Of a stretch of 64,000 nt of DNA, positions 12,130-27,693 are shown piece after piece. The notes under the pieces were generated by a model, which made no database searches, was not told the origin of the DNA, and was given only the letters and a program-made list of their open reading frames with translations. Position numbers and translations under genes: made by a program. The DNA is from Chrysomallon squamiferum (Eukaryota; Animalia; Mollusca), in the NCBI GenBank assembly GCA_012295275.1, contig CM022675.1:5890001-5954000 (forward strand), written 5' to 3'. Each line of letters begins with the position of its first letter. Position 1 is the stretch's first letter.

Positions 12130-14710
12130 GGGTCATTCTGTGTCAATTCACCCCCAAAAAAAAAAAAAAAAAAAAAAAAAAATTTAAACCTTACCATTTC
12201 AGATTTGTATGATACAGCATCAAATCCAAAATTTTAGGCCAATCAGACTAGTGGTGTGGGAGATATGCCCCCCCCCCCAAATTTTGAGAGTTTCGGCCAA
12301 TTGAAATTGACTTTGTGGATCACGTGACCTTGAGATGACCTTTTTTGAAATTTAATCTCCCACATGTTAACTAAAACATATAAAAGTTTCAGAGGTGTAA
12401 TCTTTTTTGTTTAATTCAAGTAGAGATTTTAAAAATGCATACATGCATGGATGATTGATACAGTGCATTACAATGTACATTTTCTACATGTATACACTTC
12501 TCTGAGACCAAATACTCATCTTTGGAGTCAAAATCCACTTGACATGCCTGAAGGATGTGAAAAGATGCCAAGTGGCATGACATGTTCTACACAATCAGGG
12601 AGTGTGGCTGCAGGCATGTCAGGAACTCCTTGAAATCCCATGATAAAATCCCTGGCATATGGCAATTAGAAGTTTCTACTACTAATTTTTCTGTCTGTTC
12701 TTCCCACTACCTTTGTTCCTAACTATTTCTACTAATACTACCTCATTTGGTACTAGTAGTTACTATTATATCTACCATTAGGCTCCTGTTATTACCTGCC
12801 ACCACCAGTACTTCTACCATTACTACTGTTACTAGTGGTGCTATTATTACTTTTATTATTACAACAACTACCACTGTCACCATCATTGCCACTACTGCTA
12901 CTTTTATTATCACAAATACTGTTACTACCTCTACTACTACTAGCATCACCATTTTATCAACAACTACTTCAATAGCTATTTCTTATTTTGCTGCTTCTAC
13001 TGACACTACTTCTTCTACTACTAGCACTATGATTAATCCTACCACTTCTTCTTGTACTAGTAATTATACTAACACTCCCTCTACATTACTGTTATATCTC
13101 CTACTACCTATTGCCACTACTACAACTACTACATCTGAGAGTACTTCCATGATTTCTACTACTACTTGTAGCATTAATAATTGCTTTAATTATCATTATG
13201 ATTATTATTATCATTGTTATTGTTATCCTCATCATCATTATCATCATCATCATTATTATTAATACTGGCAGTAGTAGTAATAATACTAGTACTAGTACTA
13301 GAATAAAAATACTTCTATGGGTATTACAACACTGATACTTCTACAATTACAACTTTTACTATTATTACTTCAACTACTATTATGTCTAATATAAAAATAG
13401 TGTACATTTAATAGTATTATGACTGCTATATTTTAAAATAATACAGTCATTATGCCTGAGATAAAACTAATCTCAAGATCAGTTCAGTTCACTGAGCTAT
13501 TTCATGCTGGACCACATAAAAATAAGAGCAATTTTGTTAACCTGTGCCATCATGAAGAGCACTTTGGGTTGGGAGGTGAATGGAACTTTTTTGTGACAAG
13601 CCTCTGCAAAAATGCCTGTGATGGAATTAGGGGGATGGTGAAGAGGTTTGCAGTGTCCCTACTCATACCCAATCCTGACCAGTGAGGCTATCAAGCAACT
13701 CTGCATCAACAGTATTCACTTTTTCAATGTCACACCAGAACACATAGCAAAGCATGAGTTGGAACTACAAGGGAGGTTTCAAGTGGCTAAAATGGTCAAA
13801 GGAACACAGCAACTGAACCAGTTAGTTCCAGTGTGTAAGTCAAAGATGCATGCTACAAGCTGAGCCTGCAGAGTGACCCACCAGAAACAGTATCTGTCCA
13901 GGATTGAGAGGATGATATGACAGAGTTACCAGAGAAGCCAAGAAACAAAACTATGTTTGTTGTCTGTATGACAATGAGGCATGGGTTGGGCTAGTTGAGG
14001 ACATGACAAGAACATGGAGACTTCTTCATTCATTTCATACACCCTCATGGACCTTCTAAGTTAGTTCACTGGCCAAATGAAGAAGACACTTGTTGGACTA
14101 GTGAAGGGGACATCTTCTGTGTCATTGATACACCTTCTGTTGCATCTTATCAACGGATGTACTGTCTGAGCAAAAAGGATGATGCCAGAATTGCAAGACT
14201 ATGGGGGAAGTGGGTGACAGAGTAATTCTGTGACTGCTGAACTGGTGAGAAGGCAATGAGGGAAGTAGTTTGATGTCATATGGCCTACAATGTATTACTC
14301 AGTGATCAAGAGATATGGTGATTCCTACTGTCAGGAATTGGTCATTCAGGTTTTAGCTAATCAGATGTTAATGGCAGAAAAGGTGTTATTTTCATGGTTA
14401 TGCACTTTTTTAATGTGTGTTGCTGCTAAATAAAGACTATTACACCTCTGAAACTTTTATATGTTTTAATTAACATGTGGGAGATTAAATTTCAAGAAAG
14501 TTCATCTCAAGGTCATGTGATCCACAAAGTTAGTTTTAAGGTCATAACAAGGTCAGAAGGTCAATAATGGCAGATTTGGAATCCTTGTCATATTGCCTTT
14601 TCAGCAATACCAATTTTACGAAGATTGGACCAGCAGTTCCTGAGATATGAGCGTTCAAAGGTTCTGACAGTCAGGTTTAACCAATTGGGTGATTTGACAT
14701 GGAATGACCC
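12130..14710 (+). mobile_element. Decayed Sola2-like DNA transposon
   Basis: TIRs GGGTCATTCTGTGTCAATTCACCC (12130-) and GGGTGATTTGACATGGAATGACCC (-14710) fit the GRG..CYC termini of Sola2. Internal ~90-bp inverted repeats lie at 12310-12401 and 14439-14530. Transposase remnants: HKNKSNFVNLCHHEEHFG..EWNFFVTSLCKNACDGIRGMVKR and YVCCLYDNEAWVG..FIHPHGPS..WPNEEDTCW. No TSD preserved. Confidence 0.78.
13452..14225 (+). pseudogene. Frameshifted C-terminal part of a Sola2-type transposase
   Basis: Motifs resemble the W-x-FF-x-TSHGK-x-x-CDG-x-GG-x-VKR signature, spread over several frames with stops. Confidence 0.75.
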
Positions 14711-14865
14711 TGTACTAAATAGTTGATCTAAGAAAATTAGTAATGATACTAAATACTTAAGATAATAATAAAATGACTGAGGAAACTAAAATTTTATAAT
14801 AAAACAAAAAAATTTAATTATAATAAATATTCAATATAATATAATCACAATAAACTAAACATTTA

Positions 14866-14913
<48 letters not shown>

Positions 14914-14985
14914 AAAGCATACATATAATTAAATTAAAAATATTATAATTAGTAATAATAATTATATTAAAATGTTATCATTAAC

Positions 14986-15019
<34 letters not shown>

Positions 15020-15614
15020 AAAAAACCTATGGGATTTAACTGACAAAGACAATATAAAATTCCTTCAGCCTTAATAATGCCTGTAATGCAACTGTGTAAT
15101 TGTATATCACTGAAGTGAGTTTGTTACCTTATGTTATCATGGCTAAAATACGATTTGTGACTGTCGTTCTTGCAGTAAATTAATGAGAGAAGTCTGGAGA
15201 CTCAGGCTTTTAAAACATTTTGCACGAAAAGCAGTTTAACGTCTGCGACACCTCTCAGATCAGTCCGATGTGTAACGCTTTGTATTTTTCTTTCAATTTT
15301 TCTTTCACTTGCTGGAAACGTATGAAAGGAAATTATCTCAAGCAAAACCAGCGAAATCCTGAAAAGATGAACTAGATAATCAGTAGAGAGGAACCTACTA
15401 CTACTACTACTGCTGCTATTAATAGTGTTGTTGTGGCGGTTGGGATGTGTGATGTATATTAACCATTCTGACAAAAGTATAAAATGTCCGTCCAGTACAG
15501 CTTCAACCCTCAGTGATTCTGTTGTATACAATATTATTATTATTATTATTATTATTATTTCTCTATAAATATTTAAAATGTTTTATATACAGTTTGGTCA
15601 CTATATACAAAGCT

Positions 15615-16930
15615 TCATCTAATTTACAACTAGAATTTCATTTTAATTCTTGAAAAAAAAAAATAACTAAACAAAAAAAAAAATTTTTTTTTTTTTTCGC
15701 ATATCAAGTAATGCCATTAACAAATTTATTATGATAATTAATATTAGTTTTATTTATTTATTTTTATTTTATTTCATTTCAACTGTATTTTATTATTCAT
15801 TTATTTTCTATTTTTTTATTTTTTTATTTATTACTCTTTATTATTATTATTATTAATTTAATTCAAAATTTTTTGTTATTTATTTATCTACAATATCTAT
15901 TTATTTATTTATGTATTTACTTATTTATTTTTAGAACAATATTTAACAAAATGGGATAGTAATAAAATAAATGAAGGTATGGATTTCTTTCTTTCATGAC
16001 TATAACTTAGTGAATTCATTCTTCTGCGCATCAGTACACACAATATCAGTACAAAAAAATAACAACAAAAAACCCTTTATGTATATAGTTCACATATCCA
16101 CTTGTTTCCAAAAAGGAAGTTTCTCTTCAGAATATTTTATTATTTTTTTATGGTTATTATTAAATTCTTCATTGTATATGAACGAGGATTCTTACAAGTA
16201 TATAAGGTAGGTATTAAACTTTCTATTTTATTCTCTTACACTTTTTTTTATTTATTTATTTACAATATCTATATATTTGATTAGACACTAGAGTAATAAC
16301 TATAATAATAATAACAACAACAACAATAGTAACAATATTAATAAAAAGAAGAAGAAGAAAATGATAAAGAATAAGGAAAACAAAAAGATTCATCTAACTT
16401 ACAACTAGAATTTCATTTTAATCATTGAAAAAATAAGGAACTAAATAAAATTTTATCATGAAAATCTTTATTTTTATTTATTTATTTTATTTCATTTCAA
16501 TTGTATTTTATTATTCATTTATTTTTTTATTTTTTGATATTTATTTATCTACAATATCTATTTATTTATTTATGTATTTACTTATTTATTTTTAGAACAA
16601 TATTTAACAAAATGGGATAGTAATAAAATAAATGAAGGTATGGATTTCTTTCTTTCTTGACTATAACTTAGTGAATTCATTCTTCTGCGCATCAGTACAC
16701 ACAATATCAGCACAAAAAAACAAAACAAAAAAAAACTTTATGTATTCAGTACACGATATAGGTCACATACCCACTTGTTTCCAAACAGGAAGTTTTGCAT
16801 CAGAATTTTTTTTAATTTTTTGTTTATGGTTATTATTAAATTCTTCATTGGATATGAACGAGGATTCTTACAAGTATATAAGGTAGGTATTAAACTTTCT
16901 GTTCTCTTACATATATATTGATTAGACACT
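15615..16930 (+). repeat. Local tandem duplication (two ~550-670 bp units) upstream of gene A
   Basis: ttcatctaa.ttacaactagaatttcattttaat at ~15615 and ~16389. Segments 15880-16290 and 16540-16930 are nearly identical, hence the paired ORFs MKVWISFF...YKYIR. Confidence 0.88.
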
Positions 16931-16983
16931 AGATTATATATTGTCTCTTTAACTTTCTTCTTAACATCAGAGGCTAACATTCT

Positions 16984-17024
<41 letters not shown>

Positions 17025-17461
17025 AAAAAAAAAAGAAAAAAAAAGAAAAAGAAAAAAAAAGAAAAGAAAGAAAACAAGGAAGAAATGTCCTTTAGCCTGT
17101 TAAATTAATTTTTATAATGTCATTGACACGTGAATCCATGGTTACCAAATGTGACTCAGGAATCAGTTTTATATACACTCTGTATAGTATAAATAAATAC
17201 ATATATAATATGGTATTTATGCCCAACAAAAGTGAAGATTCCACTAGACATTATTACAGAGGAGGCCTGACAATGAAAGTAGAAATATTAAAATTATTTA
17301 ACAGTTAAATCATTAACTTTAGTCTCTCTTACTCAGTTCTGTTTATAGTAAGATATAAACATGTGGGAAATATTTGTTTTCTTCGTTTATCATCATAACC
17401 ATCCTCAAAAGTATTATCATTGTTGTTGCTGTTGTTGTTGCTATTATTATTATTACTGATG

Positions 17462-17504
<43 letters not shown>

Positions 17505-17642
17505 CATCATCATCATTATTATTATTACTGTAGTTGTTGTTGCTAATGTTGTTTTGGTGATCTTCTTCGAATGAGGCCTGGTATGTTTGTGTGTGTGATC
17601 TAAAGCCATTTTGTTATGTTTTCAGATTAAAATACTATTACC

Positions 17643-17849
17643 ATGGAGATGTACTTGTTGTTTGTATTATGTTACTCTGCACTGAGTGTTGCTGGTTCAA
17701 CACAAGGTAAATTTAATGATTTATTTGTACAGGATGCTTATCAAATATCAGGGTATATCTCTCAGTGTGGATTTATATCACTGTTTTAAGTAACATTATA
17801 TTTTTTCTGTATGTATGTAGCAGTCACAATTATCTTTAAAGTATAATTA

Positions 17850-17935
<86 letters not shown>

Positions 17936-18288
17936 ATAAAGAAAACTGCCTGCAAATGCAGAGAGAAGACAATGTATAATTTTGTTTTGTCTAATTCAGG
18001 TAACAGTAAATACAAAACTCAAACACAGATTCCTCTCTTGAATGTTCTACTACCAGCGCATGAACATGAACAGACAGCTTTTGATTTCTATCAGGGCAAA
18101 AGATTTTTAGAAATGTCGTACAACACCAACTCCAAGAACAACGGCATTGAGCTAGCAGCAATGGGATCAGACCTGCTTCAAGATTCTGGCAGTGGAAGTG
18201 GTAGTGGTAGTGGTGATGGAGGTATAAATATAGATACACAAAATAACTTCATCTTTTTCTCTCTCTTCTTCTGTGTCCATCTGTCTTT

Positions 18289-18336
<48 letters not shown>

Positions 18337-18714
18337 GTGTAAAACCAAAATAACAGCAATAAACTGAAAACAATATAAACATACTCACAAGTACATGCAC
18401 ACAGGTATGCATTTAATGGGCACAAAATTATTCAGAAATATATTATTATCATTAGTAGAGTAGTAGTATTACAACTACTGCTGTTGCTACTATTATTGTT
18501 GTTGTTGTTGTTGTTGTTATGATCATTTTTTTTTATATTTTTTTTTTACAGATGACACATCTCCTCCTGAAAGTAATAGTTTATAATTTACTGTTATTAT
18601 AGAAAAACACATGCATGCACACCCACACTTACACACACACACACACATAACTACACACTCACACCTCACACATTACACAGACATGCATACATACACACAC
18701 ATATACACACACAA

Positions 18715-18770
<56 letters not shown>

Positions 18771-19100
18771 TCATAACACACTGTATACCCACCAAACAAA
18801 CAAAGAAAACACTCACAGCCAGAAAACACAATGAGTGGGATGAATGTATTAATGTTGTTTAAAAACTTGATCTCTCTGCTTGGATTTCAGATACAAACCT
18901 GATCATTGGTCTTGTTGTAGGTATTGTAATAGTGGTGGCAATATCAGCTGTACTACTTTTTTTTATCTTAAAACGGTAACTATTGAAAAAAAGAAGACCC
19001 CAAACACACACACACACAAACATCCAGATATTAAAACAAACTGACAAACCTGAGCATGTAGATATAGCAGTAAATAAAACACAGAAATAAACACATCATC

Positions 19101-19142
<42 letters not shown>

Positions 19143-19912
19143 TTAATAATAATAATAATTATAATTATAATAGTAATAGTAATAACAAGAAGAAATACTA
19201 TTATTAGTATTACTACTATTACAGTTATCATTCTTAGTATTAATGATACTACCTCTACTACCACAACTAGAACCACTATTACTAATTACTACTATCTCTA
19301 CTGTTAGTACTTCTGCTACTACTACTACTATTACTGCTAGTGTTACTACTATCAATAGTATATTCTTCTGTTCCTATTATTATTGCTACTGCAAATATTG
19401 TTGTAAGTACTACTGCTACTACTACTACTACTACTACTACTATGACTACTACTATTCCTAATACTACTTCTGTCATTAACAATGATACTATTACTATTAT
19501 TACTGTTACCACTGCTAGTACAACTACAACAACATACTACTACTACTATTTTACAGGAGAAAAGCTGGGAAAAAGAAGAGACTTTTAGCTAGATTTGAAC
19601 AGAAGCAGTTAGCAGAGGAACCTAATGTCTACATAGATATTGTTCAAGAACATGATGCCAAAGAGTATGAACAGATTTTGTATTATTTTTATTTCTTTAT
19701 TTTAGTTTTTATTTTATTTTATTTTTATTTTATTTATTTATTTACATTTTATTAGTATTATTGTTTTTTTTTATTTATATTGCTTTTTATCTTTTTAATC
19801 ATATGAAAATGTTTTCTTCATTTTTATTAAAATGGCATCTTCATTTTTTTTTCATGAAGATAAGTTGAGTTATAAATAAATAAATAAATTTATTTATATG
19901 AACTTTTTAATA

Positions 19913-19953
<41 letters not shown>

Positions 19954-21424
19954 GCCTGTTTTTCTATACATAACATAGAAATACAAATAAACATTTGCAG
20001 AGATGATGTGACAAACACAAGGCAGACAACACACAATGAAGGAGACTATGACATCATCCAGAATGCTAGCTACGAGAACTCTAGGTAATTAACTTTTATT
20101 AGAATTAATATGTCTGTCTGTCTGTCTTTCCCTTTGTATCTCTTTCTGCACATCTATAATATATACATATGTATGTATGTGTGTGTGTATGTATCTGTGT
20201 GTGTCTGTGTCAACATAGCTACTTTTCTATGTACACATCTATCTATTTAGAAATATGCATCCTAATCTGTCTATCTATCTGTGTCTGTATCTGCTGTGTC
20301 TGTCTGTCTGTCTGTCTGACTGTCTGCCTGAAATTATTGTAACTATATATCTTTCACTTCATATATGCATAAACTAATCGACAGATATATACAAACATAC
20401 ATACATACACACATACATACACACATACATACATATATATATATATAAACTGTTTACAGACTGATGGAGAATGCTAACACAGGTGACACAAAAGAGCCTG
20501 AATATGAAAATGAACCTAGCACTAATAACGACGATACAAGGTGATTGATATTTTATATTTTCTGTCTGCCTATCTATATATAATTATCCATCTGCTTCTC
20601 TCTTCACAAACATACATACACAAACATATCTTACTGTCTATCTATGTATATGTCTATCTACACTTCTGCCCATCTAGAAATATGAGTCCTAGTCTATTTA
20701 TTTATCTGTCTCTGTTTTACTGTCTGTCAGTCCACCTTATCTGATTATAACTGCATATATCTTTCATTTCATATATGCATGCACTAATAGACAAAATATG
20801 TATGTATGTATGTACGTGCATATATAAGTGTGTGTGTGTGTGTGTATATAAATGTATATATATACAGACATATACATACATGCATATATATGTATATATA
20901 TATATTGTTTACAGGATGATGAAGATTGCTAATGCAACTGACACAACAGAGCCTGAATATGTAAATGAACTGAGCACTAATAAAGACAATACAAGGTGAC
21001 TGATGTTTCATATTTTCTTCTATCTATCTATCTCTATATCTATATTCATACATACATACATACATACATCTGTCTGTCTCGATGTCTGTCCATCTGTCTC
21101 TCCCAATTTTTCAGGGAAACAACAACTGCCTTTTAAAAACATTAATTACATCCATGAATTATATCCTTCTGTTATATCTTTAAACTAACTTAAATACCCT
21201 GACACTGTTTGATGCACATACATTAGTGATTTCAGACTGGCAAATAGACACGTGGCACTTACTGAAATGTCATTTGTCATGTTTTAAAATAAAAACTCTT
21301 TGCTCTATCAGTAATTCTCTTTTATGTCATGCTTTACCAGATTTACCTAATTTTGAGTGGAAATAACTCTACTTGTTTTAATTTTATTGTATACTGCTTT
21401 TTGTCATGTGTGTGTGTTTGTGTA

Positions 21425-21467
<43 letters not shown>

Positions 21468-21835
21468 ACTGTGTGTGTCCATGTATATATATTTATATAT
21501 TTATGTATTCTAATTAGAGAGATGGTGAAATCCATTGGATCAGAATATGAACATGTCAAGTTCGATGACTACATGAACACTAGGTAAATAATATTTTTGT
21601 TTATATTATACTTCTATCTGGTTTTTTATTTGTATTTTTTAATTTTATTTATTAATTTTTTATTTATTTCTGTTAAATTTAGTTTCAATTTTTTATTGTT
21701 TCCTGTTTGTGTGTGTATGTGTGTTTATATGCATTTGAGAAAATAGTACTGTGAGATATAAATTCGAACATTTGTTTTTCACATCCATTCAGTCATTTAA
21801 AATAAATCATTCATAAATTAAAACCCACTGCTTCA

Positions 21836-21910
<75 letters not shown>

Positions 21911-21957
21911 GTTTTTGTTTACATTTTAGGGAGAATGAATATGAAACACTCTCCTGA
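17643..21957 (+). CDS. Gene A: single-pass membrane protein with Ser-Gly ectodomain and multi-tyrosine cytoplasmic tail (transmembrane-adaptor-like), ~279 aa, 10 coding exons
   Basis: Phase-consistent GT-AG exons: 17643-17706 (signal MEMYLLFVLCYSALSVAG), 18000-18221 (..DSGSGSGSGSGDG), 18552-18572 (21-nt microexon), 18891-18975 (TM LIIGLVVGIVIVVAISAVLLFFIL), 19557-19664 (alternative donor 19679 adds a YEQI motif), 20001-20084, 20460-20540, 20915-20995, 21518-21583, 21930-21957 (..ENEYETLS*). Total 840 nt, open frame throughout. Confidence 0.85.
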
Positions 21958-22156
21958 ACATCTTAAATAGAAACACCATCAAGAGATGCAAAAGCATAAA
22001 GAAAGAAAAGAAAGACAACTATGTACAGTTGATCCCAGTAATTCAAATCACCTAACTTTTCAAGTGGATATTTAATTTGTCAAGTGGATATTAGTTTTTG
22101 CACTGCCCACATTCTTGTAACTTTATTTTGTACCTAATATTATTTTACTGCATCAT

Positions 22157-22211
<55 letters not shown>

Positions 22212-22463
22212 TCTTTTCTTTTTAATATATTTTTTTTAATTTTAATTTAATTTAATTTAATTTAATATCTGCACCTAATTTCTGAAATAGATGAAAAATT
22301 TTCTCTGTATCTAGTATTTTATAATGTATAATAGTTATTTGCTTAAATCACATACTGGTGTATATCCCAAAATGTTTCATAGACATATTGATAAATAAAT
22401 ATGTAGACATAAGCATGAAAGACTTTTTATTCCTATTCATGGATCCATACTACAACATACAAG

Positions 22464-24078
<1,615 letters not shown>

Positions 24079-24315
24079 CTTCCCAGTACCTCACGTATTT
24101 CTAATTATAAGTATCATATTTATATATATAGGATCTTTTTATCTGTTTATCTCTTTCTGTTAGTATTATCCCTATTTCTTTTATCTCTCTATCAGTGCTG
24201 CCTGTCTTGTGTTCCTCTCAATAAAATCAGTATGTTCTGTTTCTCTCTGTCTGTAACCGTTATCGCTTTGTCTCTTTTCTCTGACTATAACCACCTGTCT
24301 GACTGGTTACGTTAC

Positions 24316-24446
24316 CTCCAAGACAACAACTGTTAAATTCGTACATGTATTTGACAGAATTGTTCGTGTTTGAAAAGCAAATATTGACCCACACGCAAGT
24401 ACACAGACAGACACACGGTCCAGTTCAATCTCGGACATAATGAAAA
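24316..24446 (-). other. Candidate first coding exon on the minus strand, degenerate Rossmann beta-alpha-beta-like (MSEIELDRVSVCVLACGSIFAFQTRTILSNTCTNLTVVVLE)
   Basis: Acceptor atcag, ATG at 24438, donor GAG|gtaacg. Further upstream minus-strand donors (gtgagt) at ~24550 and ~24723. No downstream coding exon identified. Confidence 0.35.
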
Positions 24447-24755
24447 CTGATACTCTTAAATAATCGTAATTTTTAAAAACAAAGGTATAAAAGTTATTAT
24501 TTGTTTGAGACATTATCGTTTTCAACAAATCGGTAGAAATATGAATACTCACCCAGAAGTCTTAGGAAAACTCACGTTAAGCGAATTTCTTTAAAATATT
24601 GTATCAGAGGTTATTAGATAGCTTGATATAAACATAGTTCAATAACAAAAGAAATTTGAAGCAAATGAAAACAACTGTTTAAGGAAAACACAAATTTTAA
24701 AACAATTCCAAAATAAATAACTCACAGACGTCTGCTTCGATTCGAAATAGGTCCG

Positions 24756-24782
24756 TGACGTCATGTTTCATACATTACGTCA
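24756..24782. promoter_or_regulatory. Paired CRE/ATF-like sites (TGACGTCA, TTACGTCA)
   Basis: Perfect palindrome at 24756-24763 and near-match at 24775-24782, in a CpG-enriched island between the minus-strand exons and gene B. Confidence 0.4.
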
Positions 24783-25014
24783 TACATTTCTGTGAGAAGA
24801 ATTCTGGAGTAAAGTGATTATGTTCTGTTTTCTTTGTTTTGTTAAATTAACAAATCCGTAACCATAATATGTCCGACGCGATTTAGTCGTAAATACAGTT
24901 TGATAAGTTCAACAATACACTAGAGTGGACATTTTGTAAATATAAATATGGGAGGTATCTCAATCTGACATCATATCATAGACATTTGTAAATAACAGAA
25001 ACGACAATAACAGC

Positions 25015-25073
<59 letters not shown>

Positions 25074-26521
25074 AGAGAAAGAAGATGAGGAATAGGACAT
25101 ACATAGGTACACACAAACGTACAAACATACCAATATTATGATACTACTATTACTACTTCTGATACTACTGCAGCTACAAAAACTACTACCACGTCTACCA
25201 CTAATACTACTTCCACCACAATGTATACAACTGCTGCTACTACAACTACTACTATCATTACTACTGCTGCTGTTATCTACCATAGAACGACTATTACTAA
25301 TACTATTACCATTATAACTATTGTTATTAGTACTACTATTACAACCATAACTAATACTACTAGTACTACTATTACAACCATAACTAATACTACTAGTACC
25401 ACTACAACAACTACTACTGCCATCGCACTCCTCCTATTACTACTATTATTACTACTACTATTTCTATGACTATTCCAGCAGTTTCAACTACTATTCTGTT
25501 GTCAATACTGCATTTGTTTCTACTGTTACTACTATCTGTACGACTACTCATACATGACAACAACAACAACAACTACTACTACTACTTCTACTACTAGTTC
25601 TGTCTACCTACAACGAAGGTTTCCCTAAACTTTTCTTTCTCTGAGGCTGTTTTTATTTAATTTCAATAAACGAAAAAAAAAACAAAAAAAAATAAATAAT
25701 AATAATAATAAAATAAAAAATAAAAAACACGCAGTAAAATTTCTAACGCATAGTCAGCCATTTTATTCTTGAATCTGTAAATTGTGAATATATTGCTCTT
25801 GGCAACAGGAAAGAGTCACTGGAGTTTGAAAATGAAATTTTATAGACTGTTACTAATGTTCTTGCATAGCAACCATGTCAAGTTAATATCTTTAAGATAT
25901 TATTCTTTCTGTCTGGCAGTCTGTCTATTATTTATTTATCTAGTATATATTCATCTTCCTACTCGCCTATTCGTTATGTGTATCTGTGTATTTGTGAATA
26001 CGCGTGTGTATATATATATATTGTTGTGTGTATGTCAGTATCTGTGCACATGAGTATGTGTCAGTATTAGTGCGTATTGTATTTTTTGTTTAAGTACTTG
26101 TATGTATTGCGTAATTTTGTTTGTGAGTGTATGTATATTGATGTTGGTTTATGTGTGAGTGTATGTGTGTATTGTGTATTTGTATGTGGATGTGTGTGTG
26201 TATATATATATATATATATAAAGTTAGTGTGCGTGTGTATTTGAGTATTTTGTTTATTTTTGTGTGTGTGCATTTGTATATATATTAAAGTTAGTGTTTA
26301 TGAGTATTTGCATGTTCCTATCCTATTCATAATCATATTTACAAAACTACACGTTTGTATTCTGCCTCTGCATATTATACGTAATGAAGTGTTCTTCCTA
26401 GATGTAAGATAACAATTACTGACCTACGTAACGCTTGGAGCACTATTACTTCCTTCTGCAGTAGTTGCGAGACAGACTAACTTTGTAATATTATTTGTTT
26501 AACTCAGCTGTGAACAAAGTC

Positions 26522-26676
26522 ATGACAGCGTTGATCCCAGTTTTGTGTTTTTGTTTTTTGTTAACAGCGTTTTCAGAAAAACTCGGTAAGTACCGTTAAT
26601 TGTATCTGAAGAATGCTGGCTTATCTCGGTTCATATCAAACAGACAAATAATTGTATAAACATAAACATTCATTCA

Positions 26677-26712
<36 letters not shown>

Positions 26713-27253
26713 TATATATTTATTTACTCACGCACGTGTGTTTGTCTATTTTCTTCAAATTCATTTTAAAATAATATTAAAGTAACTATATTAAATATAT
26801 TAATTATTTTATTATTGTGAAAAAAAAAGTAATATAAATACTTAAATATGTAAAGGGATTACCGATGTGTATAATTATCTAGAATTAACTAACTCAACTT
26901 TCAGTGTGTTCGGAAATGTGTTTTACATAATAAATACACACGTACATACATATAGATATACAATCACAGAAACACACGTACAAATGATATACATACACAC
27001 GTACATACAAACATACACACGTACATACAAACATACACACGTACATACAAACACACACATATATGAATACATACACACATACATACTCACACACAATACA
27101 CACACACATACACATACAAACATACACAGATATATTCACACACATAAAATATACATACGCATACACATACAATCATACATATATGCACACAACACATATA
27201 TACATAAACACTTACTAATCAGACGCACATAAGAAAGAGAATATTCAAATCCT

Positions 27254-27307
<54 letters not shown>

Positions 27308-27653
27308 TACAGACACATACAGAAATACATGGTGACAGAGGGAGAGACATACATCTACGTGAAGAGAGCTGAAGAACTGAGGTGAACGTTTTAAATTTCA
27401 GCTTTCTGGCGGAATCCAAAGAGTACGTTCTTACATGATGAGTCCTTTATCACCGAGCCGTTGACGTGGTGGGATGCTGCTGGCGAAGGCTGTGGCGACG
27501 ACGGCGTTTTGTTGTCACGCGAAAATATCGATGATGACCTTGGAATAGATATGACACATTCTGAAAAATACTGGATAGGCGCTTTGGAAACTTACACAGC
27601 CTGGATATGGACAGGTACGTGTACTGGGGGTTGGGGGGGTACGTTAATTATTT

Positions 27654-27693
<40 letters not shown>

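Noticed and set aside
12747-13262. 171-aa Thr-rich mucin-like ORF
   Set aside because: Degenerate (ACT)n low-complexity DNA inside the transposon, with no splice support; similar tracts occur throughout introns.
15202-15358. THAP-like ISFHTFP motif on the minus strand
   Set aside because: Lacks the conserved Trp and C-x-x-H of THAP, and the frame closes early.
15971-16886. Two similar ORFs MKVWISFF.. as a duplicated small gene
   Set aside because: AT-rich duplicated non-coding sequence with indels between copies, no recognisable domain and no coherent splice structure.
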